DNA of 64,000 bases. Origin: Raillietiella orientalis (lineage: Eukaryota). Each line of letters starts with the position of its first letter. Position 1 is the first letter of the stretch. Location: assembly GCA_036172245.1 (NCBI GenBank), contig JAYWIR010000002.1, forward strand, positions 1,860,001 through 1,924,000. Direction: 5' to 3'. Positions 49,423 through 61,385 of this stretch are shown here, in pieces. Made by a program: the position numbers and the translations under genes. The notes below the pieces were generated by a model. That model saw only the letters and a program-made list of their open reading frames with translations. It ran no database searches and was not told where the DNA came from.

Positions 49423-52400
49423 CTAGGTAGAATGTTCGAAAGAAGGTACAGGAAACATGGTGACTCACTGCAGTGCAACCTTGTGGTACATTGCGAGAGT
49501 CCCGATGAGGATGGGCACAAAAATCCATGCATACTGTTACACCAGAAAAGGGTCGTTTGGACCCAGAACCTAGACGGCATTCCAAGCCACAATCAGTGAG
49601 ACGTATCATGTTTTCAACTGCTTGTGGAACAAGTTTGCAAGTAACAAGAGCCACTTGGTCAGCTAGAGCAGACAACTTAGCTTCCAGTTTTCTCTCCTTG
49701 CAGCCCAGAGAAAGTTGCACACTACCATAACTGTGCTTGGCTCACCTCTTTGGTGCAGCTCAAACGAAACCTGCGTGGTTTCTGTGCGCACTTGCTAAAT
49801 TTGCATCCGTTGTAGAACTCGCTCCATCCACAACCAAACGTAAAGCACCTCCCTCTCTTGTTTTTATCTTTCCCCTGACAGAAACAAGTATGCTGAGGGT
49901 TTGTTTCACATCGCCTACGTGTACCTGCCCCACCAAAACGCACCAATTTTTCACAAAGACTATGTATTAAAGGATTGAACAAATAAGCAGAGTCCAGACC
50001 CACTTACAAAGAGTACAGCTGCTGTGCTTGACTCAGAGGAATCCCCTCCCAGGCCACCAAGGCCACCACAACCCATGAAAATTCACATGTATGCCCAGGA
50101 CGATGAAATACGAGGCTCAAATATTTCTCTTCATGGCTAGTTCTGCGCAGCACCTGCAGACAGGAGCACATGCTCATAGCACCAATGAACACACACTTTG
50201 TACAAAGCATTTTATTTACAATCCGGCAATAGGAGCAGCCATTTTGGCAGCTGTCCCAACATACACATGCACATAGGCCTCAACCACTTTGCTGAGAGAC
50301 AGGAGCTCAATGCTGCCTTGAGATCAGACACATGATTGGTTGGGTAATGAGGTAGCAGCAAAGTGCGAGGCCAAATAAAGCTCTGTATGGGGGTGCCACT
50401 ATGGCAGTCTTTCCCAGAAGTCAGGTCATGGTAGCAAAAGGAGACCCACCCAACATTGGATTTGCATTACCCATTGGGGCAGGGGACAACCTGCCAGATC
50501 CTTAGTTTCAGGAATTAATGTCAATTGCTCCAAGCGTAGTCCTGGGCCACTAGTTCCAGTGCGTTGCTCCAGAAGATGGCAAAGATCTTCGAGGTTTTGT
50601 GCTGCCCCCAAGTGGGTATAATTTGCAGCTTTCACTAGTAAACAGTCATTAAACACCTTAGTTCTACGGAAGAAAGCCCACCTGGATTCATCGAAACTGG
50701 ACACTGACAGGAAGAATTTGAGGATAGGCCTTCTTTTCCACACACAGGTGAGCTGCCTGCAGCTATTTTTTCTGCAGATGTCCTTCTATTGGCTAAAAAA
50801 TGCTTGCACGTGGGGGCATTTGCAGAGCAGACGGAACCACCAGTCTGGAGGTGGTTGGAAAATTCAGCTGCATTGGGAATGTGCCAATCACCCATATTTT
50901 TTGTTTCATTCTGAAGTGCCAGTGATTCTACTGGGGTACTGCCAAATTTCAGGACCTCACATTTGCTCCAGGTAATGCTGTTCAGGTCATCAAATTTATC
51001 TAGCTTGGGCAATTCCATCATAGGAGGAAGTTTCTCCAATAGTTCATGCAATTCTCCATCCACACATACTCCCCTGCTCCCTTCGCCTGGATACCCGGGA
51101 GAGCTACAGCTGGGTAAGCTCTTTAGGGGAGTGTGGGCTGTTAGGTATCCAGGCTTCGCGTTTGGGTAGGTGCTCTCAGAATAACTGTTGACTAATTCGT
51201 GTAAGTCTTTAGGGATGGCTCCATAAGCTTGCATCGGAGATTCAAGATTTCTTTGGTGTCCATAAACAGGGTCCAGGTAATGCAAACCTCCACTGCTGAG
51301 ATCACTGGACACAGGTGAAGATGAGCCACCTCCATTGGTTTGGGTATAAGCTTCATTGACAGCAAACGCCTGCACACCAGGCAAAAAAGCGCTTTGCGCA
51401 TGATAATCAAATGGAGTTAAAGATGAAGTAACTGGAAAAGGAGGACCCAATCGTGAATCTCCTTGTGCTGAAACACCAAAACTCCCTCCTCCATATGCTG
51501 CGGACTGGTAACACAGAGGAGTTGCAAATCTTTCTTGGATTGTAAACTGTCGCTCAGACGGCAGCTGACCATAAGCAGAACTCGAAGTTGTTCCAAATAA
51601 AGGTATCATCGATGACTAAAGGAAAGAAATATCAGTATGGAATGCACGTTTAAGGCATGTATCAAGTGCACTAATTACGTTTGAGGAGTAAAAATTTCTC
51701 AGGAGCGAATGGATCGCAGTATATTTTTGCATTCGCCTTTTTTTTTTTTTTTCCTTTCTTTCTTTCTTTTTCTACTGATCCTTTTGATTATGCCATTACA
51801 AATATCATACTGCTGCCTCCTTAATTTTGGCTGTGAAAAATACGTACGTTTCATCGTATAACGAAGAATAGCGATTTGAACATCTTTTTTTTTTAAAGAA
51901 AAATAAAAAAATAAAATATTTATTTGTATCATTTAAATACGCGTAACCGTTTTTTTGAAAAAAAAAATAAAAAACAAAAATTCGATGCTACAAAAATGTA
52001 CCAAGGTTGGTGCAATTTTCGTTCGCGCTTGTATAATTTTTGAAACTAGCAAAATAATGTAACGGATGAAGCTAACATTTGGCAACGCTGGTCCTTATTT
52101 TGCCGTTAGTTCAAGCAACAACATATTGCGAGAAGCTTCATCAGGGATCACGTGTCATTCACATCTGCCGTTGTCACAGAGAGAGAGGATCACGCGTGGA
52201 GAACAATAGCAATCTGAAAAGCGGGAACTATATGCTTCCTCAAACTAAAACATTTGGTGTGAAAAAAACGCTAACCGTAAACTGCCCGGAATTCTTCTTT
52301 TTCCAATGATCGGCCGCAAAAAAGGAAAAAGAAAAAAAAAAAAAAAAAAAAAAAAGGAGGACATTATGTATGTCACAAAATCGCAAAATTTTACAGTAAT

Positions 52401-55400
52401 TGTCATAGACCGCTACTTTTCGTGCGTAGAATTTCAAAGTGTGAATTGGGGCAAAATGAGCAACTACGCCGAAAACTGATGCCCCCCCCCCAAAAAAATG
52501 TATGATTTCTTTTCTTTTAACGTATGATCAAATATGTATAAATTTTGCTGCTTCGCGCGACTCCAAAATAATTTGTATCATGCAATATCCATCTGGTCAC
52601 ACGGATTACGGCATGCCGTCATAACTATACGACCTTCACATACTTATAAAACTGTTTTACTATGCTGCTTCTCCGCAGCCCCCAGGCAAAACTGGGCAGG
52701 CATACTTTCCCGCATTACGATGTTACAGACGCTGGTGAGACAGAAAACCGAAAGCCCCGAGTAGCCGGTGCACACGTACACACACGTACACGTACACGCC
52801 GCCGTTCCCGTGTGCTCTCGGCACAAAGGACGCAACAATGGACGCGGCGGCGACGCTACACTGAACCCATTCGTCCTTGCCAAATGACATTGCATCCACC
52901 ATCTCCGGACGTGTCTAGACTCCGAGCTAAAGCCCTGCGGCTCGAGAATCCCTACCCTTAGCGTTTTCCTTAAAAGTTGTACGGCAGAGCTGCGTTTACG
53001 CGCGATGACTGCGCTCATCCCGGACCAGGCAGGCAGGGTAATAACGTGCAAGAGTTGACAGCGAGGGGTGCGGGTTACGTAAGTTCAACTCTTACCACTT
53101 GTCCTACTGACGTGGCTGCTGCTGAGGCTTGGCGATTTACTTTAGCGTCGGGTCGCTGATTCGGCTGAAAGTACAAAAGCAATCAATTCGACATATAGCG
53201 TCCAAGCTTTCTGGTGCATTCGAAAAACCGCAACATCAACCTCCCATCTTTCGGCGCGTCAAAAGTTGCGAAAACGGAACCGCGGCGGGAAAAAGCAGCA
53301 GAGGCGGATTCGAAGTGCCAGAAAAGATTCGAGAATTCTCATCCGTTCTACATTCTCCCGTCAGGTCGCTTTGGGTTTGCGAAACGGATGGGGAAAAAAC
53401 ATGAAGCGGACCGCGCCAGAAAGCACGGGCAGCAACAATCTGTTTACGTTTTGAGGGTAACAAGGGGAACAAACAGCGATTTCCTCAGGCAAAAAAAGCT
53501 CGAGGCCATCGGAGAGGCTTTTTCTTTTTTTTTTTTTTTTTCTGTTCCCAATGGCTGCACGAGATATCCGAAGCGCACCGAAATCGATGAAATTAAAAAT
53601 CGAAGGCTTTCCGAGATTTGCGTTTGGAAAGATCGACTCGCTGCGATCGCTCGCCGGCAGAAGACGCGGGGACCGCCATCTTTTTTTCCTTTTTCTTGTT
53701 TTTTTATTACATCATTTTATTGAAAACGTGTATACCATTACATTGCTTGCAGCAGCATGCGGTTCGTATTTCTACACTTCCGAAGATACGAGGCACGCAG
53801 TACCGGGAATGCAGCAGCTGTGCGAATGAGGCACGCTTTTATGAACGTAAGAAAGCCAGATGCCCAAGTGTGTCCTTGAACGAGGATCGGGTGCTACGAT
53901 TAACGTAATTTTTTTTTTTTGGGTCGATCGGACAGTACCGTAACGATTGTTGGAAACGAATCCGTTCGGGGACTTCTGGGACCGGTCCATTGTTGACGGA
54001 CCCGGCAACCGTCGGGTGTTGCCGTGGTGGCGCGGGAAAGATGCTGCTCGGGATCCATGTGAACGCAGGCGGCAGTTGTTAAGCAACCCTCCCAAGTACG
54101 ATTTTGCTTGGCGCTTGATTCGATCGGCGTTAATTACAAGCGATTTCTGATCAGCCACCGCCATGGCGACTGATAGAGGGAGGAAGGAAGGAAGGAAGGA
54201 AGGAAAGAAAGAGAGAGAGAGAGAAAAAAAAAAAGGCCTCCCCAACCGTACGCCAATTGTATTCTTCCGAATTCCCGTAATCTGCAAAATATTGCAGTTA
54301 GATCAATGCATGAAATGAGTCATGGAAATATCGATCCAGGTCCGTAAGAGAATGCGTCATAAGCCCGGTGAAAACGTTTCCCTAACCAAACGTAACGTGG
54401 ACTATAAAATCCGCGAGTGCTGCTTTTTCCAAATGATTATTATGGGTATGACGAACCAGGCAACAATTATTTGACTGCTACAATTTTTTTTTAAGAAAAA
54501 AAAAAGAAAAAAAGTGCAAATGTTTACCACAGAGGGAAAACCCGATAAAGGAGAAATGAAAGCATTTACCTGAAAGCAAAAAATTTCATCAATTTGGTGT
54601 TTTGCGCAATCTGATACTGTAACTCAAAAGCTCATTATTTAGGGCAAAAAGGAAAAACTTGATAAAAAAAAAACAAAAAACAAGAACTTGGTAGCAAAAA
54701 AAAAATTAAAAAAAAAACAAAAAAAAATATTGTTTGGTTTGCTTTTCATCCACTAACGTGTACGCTTTTACCTGTAGCTGCATCTACCAAGGGTGGGCCT
54801 TTGTGTTACATGTTTAAAGGAAATTGTCAATTGTTTTTGCTTGAAATGGGTAAAGTGTCTACATAAAAATTACAGCATTCTCTCTACCTTTTCAAAGTTC
54901 TTATGAACTTACTCTTTTTTCTGTAAGTTTTTCACAACGACGCATCTTGCAAATTTGATGGCTCTTTTCATTTCGGCAGGGAGCGCATTCTCCACAATTG
55001 TCTTTGCGCTGGCAGCCGATGCATTCTCCGCAGCGCTTACGCTTCTTCTTTACGGGCTTGTCCCTATCCCCTGGATTGGGGGGAGGCTTGAAGCCCTCCG
55101 TGCCATCGCTGCTCGATACTGCAGCTACCTGTGACATCGCTTCACTTACAGAAGTGTCACTTTCGCTTCCCTCGAGCGAAGAACTACGCACTTTTTTCTT
55201 AGATTCACGGCGGCGGGGGTTTGGGGTCTCTGGTAAGGCATAATTGTAGGGCACAGTACCAGTAATGATTGGCTGGCTTTTGGGGCGCTCTAATGAGTCA
55301 GCAGAATAGCAATCTGAATGCTCCAGTTTAGCACTGGCACTGCGTGGATAGGGGGATGCCTGAGAACATGGGGGTGAAACTGCCTGAGAAGTTGCTGAGC

Positions 55401-56154
55401 TGCAATTAGAAGGAAGAGGCAGAGAAAATCCTGTATCCTCCAAATACTGGTGGGTTATGGATAAAGGAGTTCCAGGATGAGAAGCTCCTATCCTGTAATG
55501 CTGAGAGGAAGAGAGGCCATGAAAAGAGGGAACATTCTGATCGCCTTCTGGGCAATCAGCTCCAGTGGGAAAAGCTTGAAACTGGGACTGGAAAGAAGGA
55601 AGCTTCTGCATATGGCTATAATCAGTAACTGAGGTAGAAGTTAGGTCACCAAAGGCATCAGGAAAAGAAGTCATGTGATCAGGTGATGAGGAATCAGGCC
55701 AGGTACTGCTGATGGCTGGACTATGTGGCCCGGGCTTTTTTTCCCATGGCCGATACTGAGGCACTGAGGTAGACGTTGAGAGTTCTGAGTTGTGATTGGG
55801 ATCACCATTAATATGAATTCCAGAAAGATTGGTGTGTCCACCACGTTCCAAAAGTCGAGCTGTCAGACCTTCTGAGTACAGGTCAGTGTAGCCCAGCAAA
55901 TGGACATCACCTTCTATCATTCTTGAATTTCCATCCTCACTAATTCCTTCAACATGGAGTCGAGAACCTAATCCTTCCATGTCTGAGAAAATACTGAATG
56001 GAGGAAGTGCCGAGCTCTTCAAATCCATACTTTCACCATTATTATTCATAAAGCTCCTAGTAATATGTTCACAGTTATATTCCTCTTTGTTTGTGGAATA
56101 TTCTTCACCTGAGCTATCTAAGGGGTTACCACCCCGAGTTCTTGTATCACTCAT
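48943..56154 (-). CDS. TET: TET-family methylcytosine dioxygenase with CXXC zinc finger (7 coding exons, 1135 aa)
   Basis: Exons 56154-54913, 51615-50682, 50634-50471, 50153-50008, 49959-49746, 49696-49469 and 49422-48943 join in frame (3408 nt). Motifs: CXXC finger; Cys-rich region (CQC..YTHLGA..GCP..W..GHTC..WEGIP..RRC..CFCQG..FGC.W..YNGCKF); DSBH RPFSGVTVCMDFCAHPHRD (HxD), DEQFHILPQY, GGVSLA..GSILLECA..ELHAT..HPARVSLVFYQH. Confidence 0.96.
49469..49696 (-). CDS. TET: TET coding exon 6 (HxD iron motif)
   Basis: ECRLG..RPFSGVTVCMDFCAHPHRDSRN |gtgagt. Confidence 0.94.
49746..49959 (-). CDS. TET: TET coding exon 5
   Basis: RRCETN..TCFCQG..FTFGCGWSEFYNGCKF |gtgagc. Confidence 0.93.
50008..50153 (-). 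CDS. TET: TET coding exon 4
   Basis: VLRRTSHEEKYL..GHTC..VAWEGIPLSQAQQLYS |gtaagt. Confidence 0.93.
50471..50634 (-). CDS. TET: TET coding exon 3
   Basis: YTHLGAAQNLEDL...GCPLPQW |gtaatg. Confidence 0.92.
50682..51615 (-). CDS. TET: TET coding exon 2 (linker and start of Cys-rich domain)
   Basis: ctttag| SSMIPLFG...SCQCPVSMNP |gtgggc; phase 0 matches exon 1. Confidence 0.88.
54913..56154 (-). CDS. TET: TET coding exon 1: low-complexity N-terminus plus CXXC zinc finger
   Basis: KKKRKRCGECIGCQRKDNCGECAPCRNEKSHQICKMRRCEKL (TET/IDAX-type CXXC with HQ motif); donor AGA|gtaagt; in-frame stops just upstream of the ATG. Confidence 0.92.
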
Positions 56155-56931
56155 CTTCTATCATTTTGCTTCTAGGAAAACATCAAAATTAAATTCCAAC
56201 TCTTTGCACCTCAGGATTAAGGTGACACACAATTTACAATTCCATAATTTACAATGAACAGTGAAAGCACACAACGTGAGAAACAAGTTACACATGCATG
56301 ATTCAACCATTTCAAAAATACAAACACATCATTTTTTCACTGATCACCTTTAGCGTCTTGTAAACTGGAAACATGCATGTACACACTCACATACACAAGT
56401 TTATGCCACTCACCGAACGATACATTTGCAGAACACACACACAGAAGACATTCTTTTTGACAAAGGTTACGTTGCTTAACAAATTCAAATGAAATTTATG
56501 AATTTATGCATTCAAATAAAAACCCGATGCGCAAAAAAAGAAAAAAAAAAGAAAAATATGCATCCACAAATTATGCTCCCACGCTCACTACCAAACTAGT
56601 GAAACGAACGGTCGTCCCGATTCCTGTTTTTCTTGATTTCCCAAGCAGTTTCATGTAACACCTGCGAGCTATCTTGAAAAATTCCGCCAAGTTTGCATAT
56701 TGAATTATCCTTAATTTCCGCGCGAAATTACAAAAACGCACTTTTTCCTTTTTCCTTTTTGTTCCCGTAACACGGAAGAAGAAGAAGGAGAGGAATCGGA
56801 AGGAGGAGGTGGCAAAAGATGAAAAAAAAGCAAAAAAGAGGGAGGGGGCCAAAAAATAAAAAATAAAGAAAAGAAAAAAAAAAAGAGAAAAAAAGGGGGG
56901 AAAAAAGGAAAAAAGTGCACACCACCAAACA

Positions 56932-56996
56932 CAGCATCATCATCATCAGCAGCATCATCAGCAGCAGCAGCATGTATGTATGTATGTATATGTATA
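56932..56996. repeat. (CAT/CAG)n followed by (TATG)n simple repeat
   Basis: Seen directly. Confidence 0.85.
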
Positions 56997-59314
56997 CCAA
57001 CACAACGTGCTCGAGCAACACTTACCCCCTAGATCGACCCACACAGTCATCACCACCACCGCTCAGTTCTCACTCGTGAACTTCACGACCTACTACTCCA
57101 CACTCCAGCAATGCTTTACTCTTGCGATACACTATTTGGTAGATGGCTCTCCGGTAATTGTTGTTACTGCACCAATCCTAGCGGTCGAATTATTGGTTTT
57201 CGCTTTGGGTCACATCATCAGGGGACCATGGCGAAATATTCCGGGTTTCCTTTAATTGGTCCAGTGCCGATGTTCATCTCCAATTTTTGAAATGCAGAGA
57301 GAGAGGGGGGAAAAAAAAATGCGAGCGTGTCAGCGATCATTAGATGTTTGAACGCGTACACCAGTACGTCGCAGAGTACCTTTACACAACACGTAAATTC
57401 ATGTAAAACCCGATTCAAGTTTCCTGGATTTGATTTGCGCAAAAAAAAAAAAAAAAAAAAAAAAGAAGGAAAAAAGAAGAAGAAGAAGAAAAAAAAAAAA
57501 GAGGAAGAGGGAGAGGGGGGGGGGGAACGGCAGAAAGAAAGAAAGAATGAGAGAAAGAGAGAGAGAGAGAGAAAAAAAAATGAAATAAAAAGTATCTCCG
57601 ATTTTTATATACTGTTGGTACTCGGAGCTCTTCAGGGCAGAAAGCCTTTGTGTTGTTACATTCGTGATTCATGGAGAAATTTCCTATGCCTGTAGATGAA
57701 CATTTTTCCGATCCATCAGATGCTGTATTTTAAATGCCTTTTTTGTTTTCCTTTTTTTTTTTTCACTGAATAAAAAATCTTCCGAAACGGAATTTTTTGG
57801 GTGAGCGTGTTTTTTTTTTTTCTCTCTCTCTCTCGCTCTCTCTTCCCTCGTCAGCAGGATTCATGTGGTGTGTGGTACACTACCTCTGAGCCGCCAACTC
57901 CCTCCCCCCCCCCTCCCGAGAGGAAAAAAAAAAAAAGAAAAAAAAAGTGCACTTTGCTCTCCGTGTCCCTATTAAATAAACTTATTTATATTGAATCGGA
58001 GCGGCGATCGAAAACAGAAGAGGAAAAGAGAGAGGGGAAAAAAAAAAAAAAAACTGGACGTTTCCGTTAGCACGAGGCGCATGGAATTTCGAAAACCGAA
58101 AAAGACCTGCGAGCATCCTGGCGGATGAAAGACCTCTTCGATTTACATGTGCTGCTGCATGTACCAGAAAACTGTGTGTTCCGGATCGAAATTTCACTGA
58201 AACAAACAAACATAGAGAGGTGGGGGGGGGGGGGTAGAGGGAAAAAAAAGGATGGAAGAAAAATTTGAATTTTGTAAGAGCGCTGGCGAAATCAGCGAGC
58301 AGCGAGCGTCGATTAAGCTTCGATTTAATTCACTTTTGGTACGCTGGCGAGAGACGCCTCGACGTTCCCCGCCTGCCTCGGGTGAGCACCGCAAAGGTCC
58401 AGATGCGGAGGAAACCATGAAGAAAATATCGATTTAAAATCGAGGACCCCGAGATGCAGTGGATGCACACGATTTCCGATTTTCAAAAATCAATATTCGC
58501 TGCATCCCACATGAATCATTGAGAGTGGCCAGAGCTCCCGGGTATGAGTCATTGCTACATGTTTGACAGAACTGCAGCAGCCAACTGATTTTTGGGAATA
58601 ACAAAAATGGAATGTAAAAATAGAATGCACATTTTCCATTATGCAGCATTCGATGGGAGGAAGTGTTTTCGCTAAATGCTCAGCGTCGTCACCGTAGCAA
58701 CTCGGGTGTGTTTCTTGGTTTATCATCCAACAGAACACTGCTGGCGCTTATGCAGCGTTTTTCTCTTTTTTTTCCTCTCCCCCCCCCCTTCTTTTTAAAA
58801 AAGAAGAAAAAAAAAAAACAAAAACAAACAAAGTTTTTCGGATGAGCAGAAACCGAGTGCTGAAAGATGTGTTTTCGGAAAGCCAGTGCTTTGCTTCAGG
58901 TTGCTTTATTATCAGTAGCCTCAATGAAAAAAGAAAAAAAAAGCGTGGAACGGACTGGATGGCCACGGCTTCCGCAAACCTCTTGCTTTTTGACGCTGCG
59001 AATTCCGTTTTCTTTCCGAACGTTCCTTCTGCACGGACACGGAATCCGCCCCGTAAAACGTGAGTGCACGCTGCGTTAAATGCGAGGCATTCCAGGAGGA
59101 GGAAAATATTGATTCGCTAGAATATAGATTCGTAGATGTTCGGGTCTATTTCGGGCACGGCAAAACTTCCGTGTCGCGCGAGGCTCGGCGTAAAAACGGG
59201 CCGAAAGCCACTCCGCAGTCGTGTGCCTGCCTGTGTGTGTGTTTCAGGGGCTTTGGTGTATGTGTGCAACTTCATTCTGGAATAATGAGGTTAGCATCAG
59301 GATGTGCAAACTCC

Positions 59315-59470
59315 GCACGCACGCACCATGCACGCACTCACTCACACACACACGACACACACACACGACACACACACACGACACACACACACGACACACA
59401 CACACACACACACGACACACACACACACACCACACACACACACACACACATACACGCACGCACGCACGCA
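59315..59470. repeat. Compound (CA)n microsatellite with periodic CGA interruptions and (CACG)n flanks
   Basis: cacacacacacgacacacac... seen directly. Confidence 0.95.
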
Positions 59471-59560
59471 ACGCGAAGCGGCGGCGGCGGCGGCGGCGTG
59501 CGCATGCGCGCTGCCGTCGCCGCCGCCGCTCCGTCCGTATGCGCGCCGCGCTCGCAAATA
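59470..59560. promoter_or_regulatory. Candidate TET upstream promoter element: NRF1/EWG-type site at the edge of a CpG island
   Basis: TGCGCATGCGCG at 59499-59510 next to a (GGC)n run, about 3.3 kb 5' of the TET ATG. Confidence 0.4.
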
Positions 59561-59839
59561 GCGAGGATTCCCTCCCTGCCGCTGCTCCCCGCGCCTTGTT
59601 TTCGCTTTGTTTTGCCTGCGCTCCGTCGGAATTTTGGAGAAATTTTGCAGTTGCTGCTGCTGCCGCCGGCGCCGGGATGAGATTTGCAGAGCGGGAATCT
59701 CCGCCTGGAAAGGCGCGCGCGCGGACTGTGCAAGCGGAACGAAAGGGGAAGCCGTAAAAAACTTAATATACGCTGGGATAAAAAAGATTTTATGATCCTT
59801 TTTTTTTTTTTTTTGTTTGGCGTGCAGGGGATCCTGAAG

Positions 59840-61334
59840 GAAGGTGGGGGGGGGGGAGGAGGCTCGCTCTCAATGCGAGGGGGATCCGGAGACGGGAGGA
59901 GGGGAGACAGAAATCCGCGCGTTTTTCGAACGATGGGGAGGGGGGGGTGGCTCCTCTGCTGCCGCGAGTAGTCGCGATTCGGCGGCTACGAACGGATTCC
60001 GAGGAAACGATTCTATGCAGAAGAGAAGGGGGAGGAATCGGGAGCGGAAGCGCAAGAGCGACGGGGGGGGAGGGGGGGAAGCTGGGGAAGAAGAACGACG
60101 AGAAAGGCGGGAGAATCGCGCGCGCACGTTTCGCGAGACCCAGGAATGGAAGATCACACACGCGCACGACCCGTGCCTACGGGTTCCCCCCCCCCCCTCC
60201 CCCTCCCTTTCCCCATGAGTGCGGAAGGCGTGCGAAGCTACCTGTGTGTGCGCGCGCGCGCGCGCGGCAGCGTGCAATGCATCATCACCGTCCAAAGGAG
60301 GGAGGGAGAGAGCGAGAATGCGCAAGGAAAAATTCGATTTTTCGAGCGGGAGCGTCCTGGATTTTCCCCCCTCCTCCTCCCTCCCTCCCTCCCCGCCCCG
60401 CCCCGATCGGGAAACTCTTCGTCGCGAGTAGTAAACATCGCGCTTTCCCCTCCCCCTCCCCCTTTTTTCTCCCCCTCCGTCCGCCCGCCTGCTCGAGGAA
60501 CGCGTCCGGAGGAAAAAAAAAAAAAAAAAGTGACCCTGTTCTCCGCAATGCCCATCAGATGGCAGGCGCCCGCGCTTCTTCCCTTCCTCCTTCGGGGAGA
60601 AGGGGGGGGGGGTTCGTGCCCCCAGCGCGCACGCGCGTACGAGCGAGAGAGCGAGGGATCTTGGGGACGCCAGAGAACGTGGACGTGTGCGGCAAACAAA
60701 CAAATTCCCTCCCTCCTTCCCCTTCCCCCTCCCCGAACGCTCAAGAGAAAAAAAAAACGCCAAAAAAAAAAGAGGGGGGGGGGAAGGGTGAGGAGGAGGG
60801 GGAGGGAAAGAAAAGGGGTGGCAGTAAGGGACCAAAACAAAAAAATGAGAGGCGCGGGCGTCGGACTACGCAGGAAGTTTCGCGCGCGCCGCTCCATTTT
60901 TTTCCCTTCCCCCGTCCCAGGGACGGACGGAGGAGTAGGAGGAGGGTGGTGGTCCGCGCGCAAGGATTTTGTTTGCTCGATCACCGCGAAAATCGCCGCT
61001 GCCCTCTCCCCTCCTCACCCTCAAAGCTTCTGGGGGGGAGCAGGGACGCCTCTGAACGTCCACGCGCTCGAAAAGGGCAGGAAGGAGGGGGGCAAGCTTA
61101 AGGAAGAGCAAGAGGAAGGACCCCCTCCGCCATAGAAACAGCGGGGGAGGACGCGCACGCGTCCAGCGAAGGTCTCCTCGGTCGAAGCGCTCCCTCCGGG
61201 ACACGTTCCGAGAGATGGGATACAGAAGATGCGCGGTTGGCCCCTCTTGCTGAATGGTAGGGGTCGGCTCGCGACCCACCCCACCCCTCCCCCTCCCCTT
61301 AGATGAGATGCCGTTGTCCGAAACGTCCCCCCCC

Positions 61335-61385
<51 letters not shown>

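Noticed and set aside
59315-59470. Periodic repeat resembling a repeat-spacer array; His/Thr-rich ORFs
   Set aside because: Simple interrupted (CA)n microsatellite in eukaryotic DNA; no unique spacers, so not CRISPR and not coding.
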